Below are positions 44,304 to 53,510 of a stretch of DNA of 64,000 nucleotides, in pieces. How positions within the stretch are numbered: the first letter of the stretch is position 1; each line of letters begins with the position of its first letter. Location: NCBI GenBank assembly GCA_002256115.1, contig NKIK01000003.1, positions 194,280-258,279 of the forward strand. Direction: 5' to 3'. The position numbers were made by a program, and so were the translations under genes. The DNA comes from Burkholderiales bacterium PBB3 (lineage in GTDB: Bacteria > Pseudomonadota > Gammaproteobacteria > Burkholderiales > Burkholderiaceae_C). The notes under the pieces were generated by a model. The model did not search any database. It was not told the origin of the DNA and was given only the letters and a program-made list of their open reading frames with translations.

Positions 44304-46466
44304 TTACTCGGGTTTCTGGCCACTTTTGTTGGTCTTGGACAGCAAGGAGGCAATCGCCAGGTCTTTCAGCTCGCCCGACGAGTTGCCGAGCGACCCGACC
44401 AGTTGCCCCAGGTCGTCCACCATATTGCGTTTGCCCGACAGGTGATCTTTCAGCCCGATCTTCAGCGTATCGCTCTTGGCGATAGCGCCGTCGATGCCCT
44501 TGCCCACCGCCAGCGCACTGACGAAACGCTCGAAGTAGCTGCCGTCGCCGCCCACCATCTCGATCTTGGCATTGGCCAGTGCTTTGCCCAGGACTTCGGC
44601 CTGCTCTTTGGCGATGGCGGTTTGTGCATCGATGCCCTTGAGGGTCTCGGTATGCGCCATCTCCAGCCGCATGCGGTATTCCTCGTGGTCGCGCGTTTCG
44701 CTGCTCATGGCCTTCATGGCTTCAAACTTCTCGCGCAGGCCCTTGGCCTCTGCAGAGAAGCGTGCTTGCACGTTCTGGGCATCAGCTTCGCCTGCCTTGA
44801 TCGTGGCTTCGGCTCCGGCGGTGCGCACAGCCACTTCGGCCAGGCCCAGTTTCTCTTTGCCTTGCGCTTCAGCTTCCAGTTTGGCCTGCAGGCCCGTGGC
44901 TTCGGCTTGCGCGCGCGCTTCGATCACCTGCGCGTCTGCCAGGCCGGCTTTGATGGTGGCTTCCACGCCCGCTGTACGCACCGCCACATCGGCCAGGCCC
45001 AGCTTCTCTTTGCCTTGCGCTTCAGCCTGGTTACGCGCCTCAATCACATGCACATCCGACAGACCCTTTTTCTCGGTGGCGTCGGCAGTCACCATCATCA
45101 CGCGGGCGGCCGCCAGGCCAGGGGCGGCACTCACTGCCTCCATGCCTTCCGCCTCCCGCTTTTTGGACTCGGCGTTCTTCTCTGACACCTTGAGTCGCGC
45201 ATCCGCCATGGCGACTTCTTCGCTAGCTTTGTGGCGTGCACTGCGTTCTTGCGACTCTGCCGCCTTCACTTCCGCAATCATTTTTTCTTCGGCCTGACCT
45301 TCAGCCAGGATGATGGTGGAGCGCTTGGTGCGCTCTGCCTCCGCTACCACGCGCAGTTCCTTGATGGCTTCTTCTTGCTCGGCCACGGTGCGGTCCACCA
45401 CGATGCGTTCGCGGATCACGTCGGCAATGGCTTTCTTTTGCACCTCCAGCGCGCGTTCTTTGTCGATCTTCTGCAGGGCCACTTCTTTCTCGCGGTCCAC
45501 CACTTCCAGGTCGCGCGCACGAATCACTTTTTCTTCTTCAATGGCCACCGCGCGCTTGCGGTTGTTCTCGGCCACTTCTTTTTCGCGCAATGCGTTTTCG
45601 TTTTGCACTGCTACCTGCTGCTCGCCTTGCAGGCGCGCCATCTCGGATTTGGTGCGTTCCTCAGATTGGATCTTGGAAGTCTCGGCCTCTTCGCGAGCGC
45701 GCATGGTGGCCACTTCCCGCTGCTGGCGGGCTTGGGCGTCGGCGGCCTGGCGATCCAGCTCCAGCATGGTCTCCTGGGTTTCCACGTTTTTCTTCTTGAT
45801 CTGCATCTCTTCGTTGCGGCGCAGCTCGTTGGTGCGCACGCTCTCCACCGCCGTCAGCTCGGTGATTTTCTTGATGCCCTGGGCGTCCAGAATATTGCTC
45901 GCGTCCAGCTTGGACACCGGTGTTTGCTCCAGGTAGTCAATGGCAGCATCTTCGAGCACATAGCCCGACAGGTCGTCGCCAATCTGGCGAATGATTTCGT
46001 CGCGGAAATGGTCGCGCGCCTGGTACAGGTCCACAAATTCCATGGACTTGCCCACGGTTTTGAGCGCCTCTGAAAACTTGGAGGAGAACAGGTCTTCCAA
46101 CGCATCCTGGTTGGAGGCTCGCTCGCAGCCCACGCCTTGGGCGACCTTCAAAACGTCTTCCGCGGTTTTGTTGACGCGTACGAAAAACTTGACCTTGATG
46201 TCGGCGCGGATGTTGTCCTTGCAGATCAGCCCTTCGCGGCCCGAACGGTCAATCTCAATGGTCTTGACCGAGATGTCCATCAACTCGGCCTTGTGGATGA
46301 TGGGGTAGACCATGCAGCCTGTGAAAGTGACCGTAGGCTCAGCGCGCATGGTGTTCACGATCAGGGCGTGGCCCTGCTCAATCTTCCGGTAAAAGCGCGC
46401 AAACAATACAAACATGCCGAACACGATGACCGTGATGACGGCTGCTGCGACGATGATGGGTTCCAT
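44304..46466 (-). CDS. Flotillin-like SPFH/band-7 protein (YqiK family) with very long Glu/Ala-rich coiled-coil tail
   Basis: N-terminal TM segment, SPFH domain (HALIVNTMRAEPTVTF...), about 350 aa of EA-rich heptads with an internal ~41-aa duplicated unit. Confidence 0.85.
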   Translation of the reverse strand: MEPIIVAAAVITVIVFGMFVLFARFYRKIEQGHALIVNTMRAEPTVTFTGCMVYPIIHKAELMDISVKTIEIDRSGREGLICKDNIRADIKVKFFVRVNKTAEDVLKVAQGVGCERASNQDALEDLFSSKFSEALKTVGKSMEFVDLYQARDHFRDEIIRQIGDDLSGYVLEDAAIDYLEQTPVSKLDASNILDAQGIKKITELTAVESVRTNELRRNEEMQIKKKNVETQETMLELDRQAADAQARQQREVATMRAREEAETSKIQSEERTKSEMARLQGEQQVAVQNENALREKEVAENNRKRAVAIEEEKVIRARDLEVVDREKEVALQKIDKERALEVQKKAIADVIRERIVVDRTVAEQEEAIKELRVVAEAERTKRSTIILAEGQAEEKMIAEVKAAESQERSARHKASEEVAMADARLKVSEKNAESKKREAEGMEAVSAAPGLAAARVMMVTADATEKKGLSDVHVIEARNQAEAQGKEKLGLADVAVRTAGVEATIKAGLADAQVIEARAQAEATGLQAKLEAEAQGKEKLGLAEVAVRTAGAEATIKAGEADAQNVQARFSAEAKGLREKFEAMKAMSSETRDHEEYRMRLEMAHTETLKGIDAQTAIAKEQAEVLGKALANAKIEMVGGDGSYFERFVSALAVGKGIDGAIAKSDTLKIGLKDHLSGKRNMVDDLGQLVGSLGNSSGELKDLAIASLLSKTNKSGQKPE
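44770..45035. repeat. Intragenic tandem duplication of about 153 bp inside the flotillin coiled-coil region
   Basis: Protein segments AQGKEKLGLADVAVRTAGVEATIKAGLADAQVIEARAQAEA and AQGKEKLGLAEVAVRTAGAEATIKAGEADAQNVQARFSAEA. The corresponding DNA is near-identical. Confidence 0.6.
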
Positions 46467-46523
46467 GAAAACTCCCTAGTGAAACAAATTACTTAAACGA
46501 TCGAAGAGGCAGTGCGCAGGGCG

Positions 46524-47153
46524 CTAAGGCTCCGCCACCACCTTGTAGCGTGCTGTCTTTTCGTCATAGCCCACGATGCGTGCACTGCTACCGCGTGCCA
46601 GTGCATTGGGCACAGGCGTCCAGATGCGAATATTGATGCTGGCACCGTGCTGGGCCACCTCGGCGCGGCCCATCTGCTCATCCACCGTTTGGGTCAGCAC
46701 TTTGCAGGTCTGCCCCACCAGCGATGCATTGTTGATGGCAGCGTGGGTGACGAACAAACCACGCAGCGGCCGAATCATGCGGGCACTGACCGTGACCGCC
46801 AAAGACAGGCTGGCCAGGGCCAACACAGCACCCGCGCCGTAGTTGGCTGCGGCACCACCCAACCAGGGCAGCACCCACATGGCCCCCAGGCAGCTCAGTG
46901 TCCAAGCGACCAATATGACCAGGCTGACCGCGATAGAAAATGGAACCCCGTGCAGGCCGAAAGCGACCACATAGCTGGCCACCGTGCTGATCTCGTAGCC
47001 GTCCACATCGGCGGCAGAGCCAGGCTCCAGGTCCAGAGACTCTAAATCGACCACGCCCAGCAGGGCCAGCAGCCAGTAAAAGATCACGACCCCTAAAAAA
47101 GTCGTGAAGAGTGCGGTGGGAAATGCGACCACCGCGTCCAAAAAGCTCAGCAT
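46524..47153 (-). CDS. YqiJ/NfeD-like inner-membrane protein (DUF1449; TM helices plus C-terminal OB-fold); first gene of the operon
   Basis: Multi-TM N-terminus. C-terminal LVGQTCKVLTQTVDEQMGRAEV...RIWT resembles the NfeD OB-fold. Positioned immediately upstream of flotillin as in the E. coli yqiJ-yqiK pair. Confidence 0.65.
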   Translation of the reverse strand: MLSFLDAVVAFPTALFTTFLGVVIFYWLLALLGVVDLESLDLEPGSAADVDGYEISTVASYVVAFGLHGVPFSIAVSLVILVAWTLSCLGAMWVLPWLGGAAANYGAGAVLALASLSLAVTVSARMIRPLRGLFVTHAAINNASLVGQTCKVLTQTVDEQMGRAEVAQHGASINIRIWTPVPNALARGSSARIVGYDEKTARYKVVAEP

Positions 47154-47337
47154 TGTTCTCCCTCTTATATGGCTAAGCGCCGTTTTGCCGCGATGTTAGC
47201 CAATCTGGCCCGCGGCGGGCCCGTTTTCTACGGGCTTGCGGATATTGTGTGCAATAAATTGGCCCCACAGCGCAAAAGCCATCTTGGGCTTAGGGGCCTT
47301 GGCAGCCGCGCAATTTAAATGAATTCAAGCTGTAGAG

Positions 47338-47375
47338 CCCATGGATAGTGCGGGAGCAGCTTCTGAATTGATAGC
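47338..47375. repeat. Dispersed repeat copy D (reverse), in the 5' region of the operon
   Basis: cccatggatagtgcgggagcagcttctgaattgatagc. Confidence 0.8.
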
Positions 47376-47406
47376 AATCAATAACAACGAATGGCCAACT
47401 GCGGGG

Positions 47407-48770
47407 CTAGCGTGCGGGTGCCACCGCCAACCGCCACAGCGAGGTGACCTCTAGCGCACGCGCCGCGTGCAGCGGGTCGGCCGCATCAAAGGCCTTGCCA
47501 TGCACCGGCTTGGTATCCAGCCGCCCCAGCACCTGCAGGCCCGCGCCAGCAATCGCGTCCAACAATTCAGCGCGGCTGCGCAGGCCCAGGTGTTCGGCCA
47601 AATCCGAGAGGATCAGCCAGCCCTCGCCCTGCGGCTCCAAGTGCGCGGCCAGGCCCGCCAAAAAGCCCAGCAGCATAGCGCTGCCTTCGTCATACACCGC
47701 GTGCTCTATGGGTGAGCTGGGCCGGGCGGGTAGCCACGGCGGGTTGCACACGATCAGATGCGCCAGCCCTGGCGGGAATAGGGATGTCTGCAACAACTGC
47801 ACCGGCGAATCAGCGCGGCCCGCCACGCCCAGCCTCTGCAAATTTTCAGCCGCGCAGGCCAGGGCGCGCGGGTCCAGATCGGTGGCCACGATATGGCCCA
47901 CACCCCGGCGCGCCAGCACCGCAGATAACACGCCCGTGCCCACACCAATGTCAAACGCCGTCAGCTTGGCGGCGGCCTGCGCACCGTGGGCTCCTTGGAC
48001 TCCTTGGACTACTTGGACACTTGGCAGCGGTGCCTGCTGCACCAAGCTCACATACTCACCCCGCTGCGGAGAAAACACGCCGTAGTGCGGGTGGATGCGG
48101 TTGTGGGGCGCAGCGCCCAGGGCGGGCACTTCCACACCGTTTTTGCGCCACTCGTGCGCGCTGATCAGGCCCAGCAGCTCACGCAATGACGCTACCGAAG
48201 CCACAGCGTCCGCACCCGGCGGGCCCCAAGCCTCAGCACAGGCCTGGCGCGCATCGGGGGCGCGCTTGAGTGCGATACCGTAATCCGCCTCAAAGCCAAT
48301 CAGAAGCATGCCCAGCACGCGCGCACGCTGCGCCTGGGCTTGGCGGTGCAAATGAAAGGCAGTGGCCGGATTCGATGCCTTTTCGGCCACTGAGGCCGTG
48401 GATAGTGCGGGAGCAGCTCCTGAATTAATAGCATTGCGCTCTGGCGCGCCCGCTAGTTGCTTTGCCCTCTTGATGGCCTTGGCACCCTTGGCGGCTTTGC
48501 CGCTGGGGCCCGACGCATCGGCCCGCCGCGCGAGCGCCTGCAGCATCTGCCGCGCGTTTTGAAAATCACCCCGCCACAGCAGCGCCGTGCCTTCGCAGGC
48601 CAGGCGGTAAGCGACATCGGCGCTCAGGGTGTCATCGGCCAGCACCACGCGCTTGGGTGGGCTGACACCACGCTCTGAGCGCCACTGCGCGCTGCAGGGC
48701 TGGCCGGCTTCTTGCCAGTGGATGCGGGCTTCGCCCGATGTTGGTGAAGTCGTCATAAGTTCAGTAGCCA
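47407..48770 (-). CDS. Class I SAM-dependent methyltransferase (MTS 'small methyltransferase domain', NPPW motif) with N-terminal ~110-aa domain and in-frame repeat-derived linker; start ATG overlaps the ccdB stop
   Basis: GxGxG AFDIGVGTGVLSAV, acidic loop VATDLDPRAL, catalytic LIVCNPPW. ORF runs through repeat copy E (…[15 protein letters not shown]…). Upstream segment (VVLADDTLSADVAYRLACEGTALLWRGDF…) also looks coding. Confidence 0.6.
48394..48432. repeat. Dispersed repeat copy E (reverse), in-frame inside the methyltransferase ORF
   Basis: ggccgtggatagtgcgggagcagctcctgaattaatagc. Confidence 0.85.
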
Positions 48771-49075
48771 TGGAGGGCGTATTCCAGGGCGTCCCAAATG
48801 GCTTCGGCATCGCCTTGCAGGTTGGCTACTGGGCGGCGCAGATCGCCGGGCTCATGGGAGGTAATCGCCAAAGTCTCCAACACAAGCATTTCACCCGCAA
48901 CACTCAGCCAGGGATTCAGTGTGGTGGGAGGCGCTGTTTGCGTATCCGGGCGCGCCAACGCCACGGTGATCACCGCTACGGGGCGTTTCAGAAAATTGCT
49001 TTGAATGCCGACGACGAAGGGATGACTGTCGCGCAACTCTTCGACCGGGTTGGGGTACACATCGAACTGAGCCAT
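48761..49075 (-). CDS. ccdB: CcdB-family toxin (gyrase poison fold)
   Basis: 104 aa; MAQFDVYPNP...HPFVVGIQSNFL...LNPWLSVAGEMLVLETLAI parallels CcdB (MQFKVYTY...VDVQSD...). Abuts the antitoxin ORF. Confidence 0.6.
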   Translation of the reverse strand: MAQFDVYPNPVEELRDSHPFVVGIQSNFLKRPVAVITVALARPDTQTAPPTTLNPWLSVAGEMLVLETLAITSHEPGDLRRPVANLQGDAEAIWDALEYALHGY

Positions 49076-49488
49076 CAGTTGGCTTCACCTGTGGAAGCTG
49101 CAGCGGGGCTTTGCTTCTTCAGCGCCTTGGCCTTACGCCATTCGTGAATACGTATCCCCATCGATCCAATCTTTGCCATTCGCCGGTTCATGGCCTCAAT
49201 GGCCTCTTTGTTCTCATCCTCCCATTGCGTACGGGCCGCTTCCACTTCAGCAGGGCTACGGGCTGCTGCCGCTGCGCGACGGGCTATGCGCTCTGGCGTA
49301 AGCCAGCCGTTGCCCGCAGCATTCACTTTGTAGGTGGCGCTCTCCTCCTGGACGCTGGGGGTGACGGGCACGACTTTGACCGGTTGCATGACGATGCTGC
49401 CATCGGCCTGCACGGTCAGATCAAACAGCTGACCCGCGTACTTTTTACCCAGCGATATCTGGCCGCTGGCGCCCACTTCTTTCAGCAT
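49075..49488 (-). CDS. ccdA: CcdA-like antitoxin with N-terminal SpoVT/AbrB-type swapped-hairpin domain
   Basis: MLKEVGASGQISLGKKYAGQLFDL... (AbrB/MazE-like). C-terminal AEVEAARTQWEDENKEAIEAMNRRMAKIGSMG resembles the CcdA C-terminus. Confidence 0.5.
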   Translation of the reverse strand: MLKEVGASGQISLGKKYAGQLFDLTVQADGSIVMQPVKVVPVTPSVQEESATYKVNAAGNGWLTPERIARRAAAAARSPAEVEAARTQWEDENKEAIEAMNRRMAKIGSMGIRIHEWRKAKALKKQSPAAASTGEAN

Positions 49489-49629
49489 GGTGATGCTCCT
49501 GCAAAAACAATTCATGCCATCATGCCGCATGAATGCAGCCTGTCAAGCTGCCATGGCGCGGCGCACATGCACTAAAGTTCGCCCACCCCATCACTAACCC
49601 TCACCACCCCTCATTCACCCTCGCCCACC

Positions 49630-50475
49630 ATGATCGACCTCACCTGCTTCACCCTCACCGAATCCGCCCACATTGCCCACCTGGTGCTGAACAAGCCCGA
49701 GGCCATGAACACCATGCACCCTACCTTCTGGCGCGAGCTGGATGCGGCGCTGACCCATATCCACGCCCAAGGCACGGCGCGTGCGCTGGTGATCAGCAGC
49801 ACAGGCAAGCACTTCAGCGCCGGCATGGCGCTGGAGACCTTTGCTGGCGCGATTCAGATGGACGACCAAAGCCCCGAAGGCCGCGCCGCCATCTTTGATG
49901 TGCTGACCGACATGCAGGCCACCTTCACCAAGATTGAAAACCTGCGCATCCCGGTGATCGCCGCCATCCAGGGCGGCTGCATTGGCGGCGCGGTGGATAT
50001 GGTGACGGCCTGCTGCATCCGCTACGCGTCTGCCGATGCCTTCTTTTGTATTCAAGAAATCAACATCGGCATGGTGGCCGATGTGGGCACGCTGCAGCGC
50101 CTGCCCAAGCTGATCCCACTGGCCATCGCCAAAGAGCTGGCCTACACCGGTCGGCGCATGCCCGCCACGCAGGCTCTGCAATACGGCCTGGTCAACGCCG
50201 TGCTGGAAACGCCCGAGGCCGCCACCGCAGCCGCGCTGCAGTGCGCCGCCGAGATCGCCAGCAAGCCGCCCATCGCCCAATGGGGCACCAAGCAAGCCCT
50301 GCACTATGCGCGTGACCATTCGGTGGAAGATTCACTCAAACAAATGGGCTGGCTGCAAGGCGCTATCTGGAGCAACCGCCATGTGATGGAAGCCGTGACC
50401 GCCATGAAGACCAAGCGCCCGGGCGACTTCCCAGCGCTCAAAACCCTGCACCGGTTTAACGATCTCGGGCAATGA
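49630..50475 (+). CDS. Enoyl-CoA hydratase/isomerase (crotonase) family protein
   Basis: 281 aa; LNKPEAMNTM, oxyanion-hole region VISSTGKHFSAGMAL. Confidence 0.8.
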   Translation: MIDLTCFTLTESAHIAHLVLNKPEAMNTMHPTFWRELDAALTHIHAQGTARALVISSTGKHFSAGMALETFAGAIQMDDQSPEGRAAIFDVLTDMQATFTKIENLRIPVIAAIQGGCIGGAVDMVTACCIRYASADAFFCIQEINIGMVADVGTLQRLPKLIPLAIAKELAYTGRRMPATQALQYGLVNAVLETPEAATAAALQCAAEIASKPPIAQWGTKQALHYARDHSVEDSLKQMGWLQGAIWSNRHVMEAVTAMKTKRPGDFPALKTLHRFNDLGQ

Positions 50476-50732
50476 AGCAAGGGCGCGCGGGACGCCACAA
50501 GTCGGGCACCAATCCGCAACGCCTGAAGCTAGAGCTGACCGAAAGCAAGCTGGTGGACGATGGGGAGGACATCATTTCCAGAATGAATGCCATCAAGCGC
50601 TGGGCACTTGACCAGCTCTAAATTGACCAGGCTTTTGGACGCGATAAGCGCAATGACGCGAGTGATGCGATGACTGCCGAAGGCGCGGAGACGGCCGACC
50701 CTGCAGTGGTATCCGCCTGAAGGGTTTCGGCG

Positions 50733-51653
50733 CTACTGGCGCGCGGTGCGGGTATTGCGCGGCAAGGCCTGCGGGTGGCTGGTGCGAAAGGGGTTGATGT
50801 CCAAACCACCGCGGCGTGTGTAGCGCGCGTACACCGCCAGCTTCATGGGTTTGCAGCGGGTCCAGATGTCCATGAAGATGCGCTCCACACACTGCTCATG
50901 AAACTCGTTGTGGTTGCGAAAACTCACGAGGTACTGCAACAAGCCAGCTTGGTTAATCTGATCACCGGTGTAGCTGATCTGCACACTGCCCCAGTCCGGC
51001 TGGCCGGTGACCAGGCAATTGCTTTTGAGCAAATTGCTGACAAACACTTCGGACACCGGCGCTTCATCCGGCGTCGCGCTCAAGAGCTGCGGCGCAGGCG
51101 TGTAGTGCTCAAAGTCCATGTCCAGCCGGTCCAGACTCAGGCCATCCAGCTCATGCACGGGCTCTTTGTCAAACGCGTCCATGCCGAACACTGTGACGCC
51201 AATAGAGGCGTGGGTGGACACTATCCGTTCTCCCTGAGCCTGTCGAAGGGCTCCGACGGGCTCAGCCCGAACGGCCGTCGAATCTTCAGTCGCCGTGTCC
51301 CGCCACACCGCTTCTGAAATATCGGCGCGCAGCCGTTCCTTCACTGCCTGCGCATCGGCAAAGCGGGTGTTGTTAAAGCTGTTGAGATAGAGCTTGAAGG
51401 ACTTGCTCTCTACGATGTTCAGCGTCTCACACGGAATGGTGAAGTGGGCCAGCGCCACCTGGGGCTTGCCGCGCAGGTTCAGCCAGCTCAGCTCAAACGC
51501 GGTCCACATATCGGCACCCAAAAACGGGGTGGTGCCAGCAATGCCAATCTCTTCCCGTTTGCCCGCGCGGGGAATGGGAAACAGCAGCGTGGGGTCGTAC
51601 TGGTCGATATAGGCGCTGGACTTGCCCAGTTGCGATTGCTCGGGCGTGTTCAT
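50733..51653 (-). CDS. queF: NADPH-dependent 7-cyano-7-deazaguanine reductase, bimodular type II QueF
   Basis: [44 protein letters not shown] (QueF motif E-x3-[FY]-x-L-Y). Confidence 0.9.
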   Translation of the reverse strand: MNTPEQSQLGKSSAYIDQYDPTLLFPIPRAGKREEIGIAGTTPFLGADMWTAFELSWLNLRGKPQVALAHFTIPCETLNIVESKSFKLYLNSFNNTRFADAQAVKERLRADISEAVWRDTATEDSTAVRAEPVGALRQAQGERIVSTHASIGVTVFGMDAFDKEPVHELDGLSLDRLDMDFEHYTPAPQLLSATPDEAPVSEVFVSNLLKSNCLVTGQPDWGSVQISYTGDQINQAGLLQYLVSFRNHNEFHEQCVERIFMDIWTRCKPMKLAVYARYTRRGGLDINPFRTSHPQALPRNTRTARQ

Positions 51654-52549
51654 GGCCGCGTGCCTAACAAGTGCGAGGTCAGGGCCTCCACAATTTGGCG
51701 CACCGGCTCGGGCGGCAGATCGTGGCCCATGCCGTCAATGGTGAGCAGGCGTGCGCCGGGAATGCGGCGTGCCGTGTCTTCGCCATTGCCCAGCGGCACC
51801 AGGGGGTCCGCCTTGCCATGGATCACCAAGGTGCGGCTGGTGATGGACGCCAAGGCCTCCGCCCGCCCGGTGTCGGCCACGATGGCCAGCATCTGGCGCA
51901 GCGTGCCCACCGGGTGAAAACTGCGCTTAACGCCGATGGCAATGCGCTCGCGCATTTCGGTCTCGGGCACCGGGTAGGCCGGGCTGCCAATGATTTTGAA
52001 CAAGGCGACAAAATGGTCCATGGCTGCCGCCGGGTTGCGGGCGGGGCGCTTGAGCATGGCGCGCAGCACTTCTGGCCGGGCCTGGGGCAGGCCGCGTGCA
52101 CCGCTGCTGCTCATGATGCTGGTCAGACTCAGCACCCGCTTGGGCGCGGCGATGGCCACGCGCTGGGCAATCATGCCGCCCATGCTGACGCCCACCACAT
52201 GGGCGTATTTGATTTTTAGGGTGTCGAGCACGCCAATGGCGTCCTGCGCCATATCAGTCAGGGTGTAAGGGGGCTTGGTGCCCAGGCCCAGCTTGAATTT
52301 CAAGGTAGCCCACAGCAGGCTGGGTTTGCCCAGGTGGTCAAAGTGCTGGCTCAGGCCAATGTCGCGGTTGTCCATGCGGATCACGCGAAAGCCCGCGTCC
52401 ACCAGCGCCTGCACCATCTGCGGCGGCCAGGCCACCAGTTGCATGCCCAGCCCCATGATCAGCAAGACCACCGGTTGGCTGGCCGATGCGGGCTTGCCGT
52501 TGGCACTGTCTTCAATCTCGATATCGATACCATTTGCTCTGATTTTCAT
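51650..52549 (-). CDS. Alpha/beta-fold hydrolase
   Basis: Nucleophile elbow [10 protein letters not shown]. 4-nt overlap with queF. Confidence 0.75.
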   Translation of the reverse strand: MKIRANGIDIEIEDSANGKPASASQPVVLLIMGLGMQLVAWPPQMVQALVDAGFRVIRMDNRDIGLSQHFDHLGKPSLLWATLKFKLGLGTKPPYTLTDMAQDAIGVLDTLKIKYAHVVGVSMGGMIAQRVAIAAPKRVLSLTSIMSSSGARGLPQARPEVLRAMLKRPARNPAAAMDHFVALFKIIGSPAYPVPETEMRERIAIGVKRSFHPVGTLRQMLAIVADTGRAEALASITSRTLVIHGKADPLVPLGNGEDTARRIPGARLLTIDGMGHDLPPEPVRQIVEALTSHLLGTRP

Positions 52550-52562
52550 AGCTGCTCCCGCA
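52548..52562. repeat. Partial dispersed-repeat copy K (tagctgctcccgca only) abutting the hydrolase start codon
   Basis: Only the 5' 14 nt of the core match; the rest is diverged. Confidence 0.4.
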
Positions 52563-52623
52563 TATTTACAGGGCCTTACAGCCCGATTGGGTTAAAAATT
52601 GAGTACTGCTGAACCCAAGGGGT

Positions 52624-53394
52624 TCACGCCTTGCGCCGAAAGACAAGGCGCTGGGGTGTGGACTCAGGCGCAGTCCAGCGGTAGCCCTCCAGGTCAAAGG
52701 CGCGCAACTGGTCGGGCATGGTCAAGCGGTGCGTGGTGGCATAGCGCGCCATCAGGCCCCGGGCGCGTTTGGCAAAAAAGCTGATGACTTTGTACTGCCC
52801 GGCCTTGTGCTCCTGAAACACACACTCCACCACCCCGGCTTTCAGGGCCTTGATGTTCACTGCCCGGTAGTACTCGGTAGACGCCAGGTTAATGACCACG
52901 GGGCTGATGTCTTTGCGCAGCCGGGTGTTCAGGTAGTCCGAAATCTGGCTGCCCCAATATTGGTAGAGGTCTTTGCCCTGCGCGGTGGGCAGGCGCGTGC
53001 CCATCTCCAGGCGGTAGGGCTGCATCAGGTCCAGGGGGCGCAGCACGCCATACAGGCCGCTCAAGATGCACACATGGTCCTGGGCCCAGGCCAAGTCGTC
53101 GGGGCCTAGGGTCTTGGCATCCAGGCCACCATACACATCACCATCAAAGGCCAGCGCCGCCTGGCGCGCGTTTTTGGGTGTGGCCCGGCTCGACCAAGCC
53201 TGGTAGCGCGCTACGTTCAGGCTAGACAGCGCGTCGCTCAAGTCCATCAGCTCCGAGATCTGGGGCGGTGAGTACGTGCGCAGCACATCAATGAGGGCTT
53301 TGCTTTGTTTGACGAACAACGGGGCGGTGTGGGGCTGGCCGACAAGCGGGGTGTCGTAGTCCAAAGATTTAGCGGGCGAGAGGAGAAAAAGCAT
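52624..53394 (-). CDS. yaaA: Peroxide stress protein YaaA (UPF0246)
   Basis: MLFLLSPAKSLDYDTPL start and overall YaaA pattern. Confidence 0.85.
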   Translation of the reverse strand: MLFLLSPAKSLDYDTPLVGQPHTAPLFVKQSKALIDVLRTYSPPQISELMDLSDALSSLNVARYQAWSSRATPKNARQAALAFDGDVYGGLDAKTLGPDDLAWAQDHVCILSGLYGVLRPLDLMQPYRLEMGTRLPTAQGKDLYQYWGSQISDYLNTRLRKDISPVVINLASTEYYRAVNIKALKAGVVECVFQEHKAGQYKVISFFAKRARGLMARYATTHRLTMPDQLRAFDLEGYRWTAPESTPQRLVFRRKA

Positions 53395-53510
53395 GCGGCA
53401 TTATCCCGATTGGCAGGCACCCCAACGCGGCCCCGGCCCGTGCCCTGGAGTGTTGCCAGGCGCAGAATCGGCCACCCAGGCCCTCAAATTTAAGCCAAAT
53501 CAGCCGTTCA

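Noticed and set aside
44403-46073. Plus-strand ORFs (260, 243 and 280 aa) overlapping the flotillin gene
   Set aside because: Antisense to the SPFH and coiled-coil region. Low-complexity translations.
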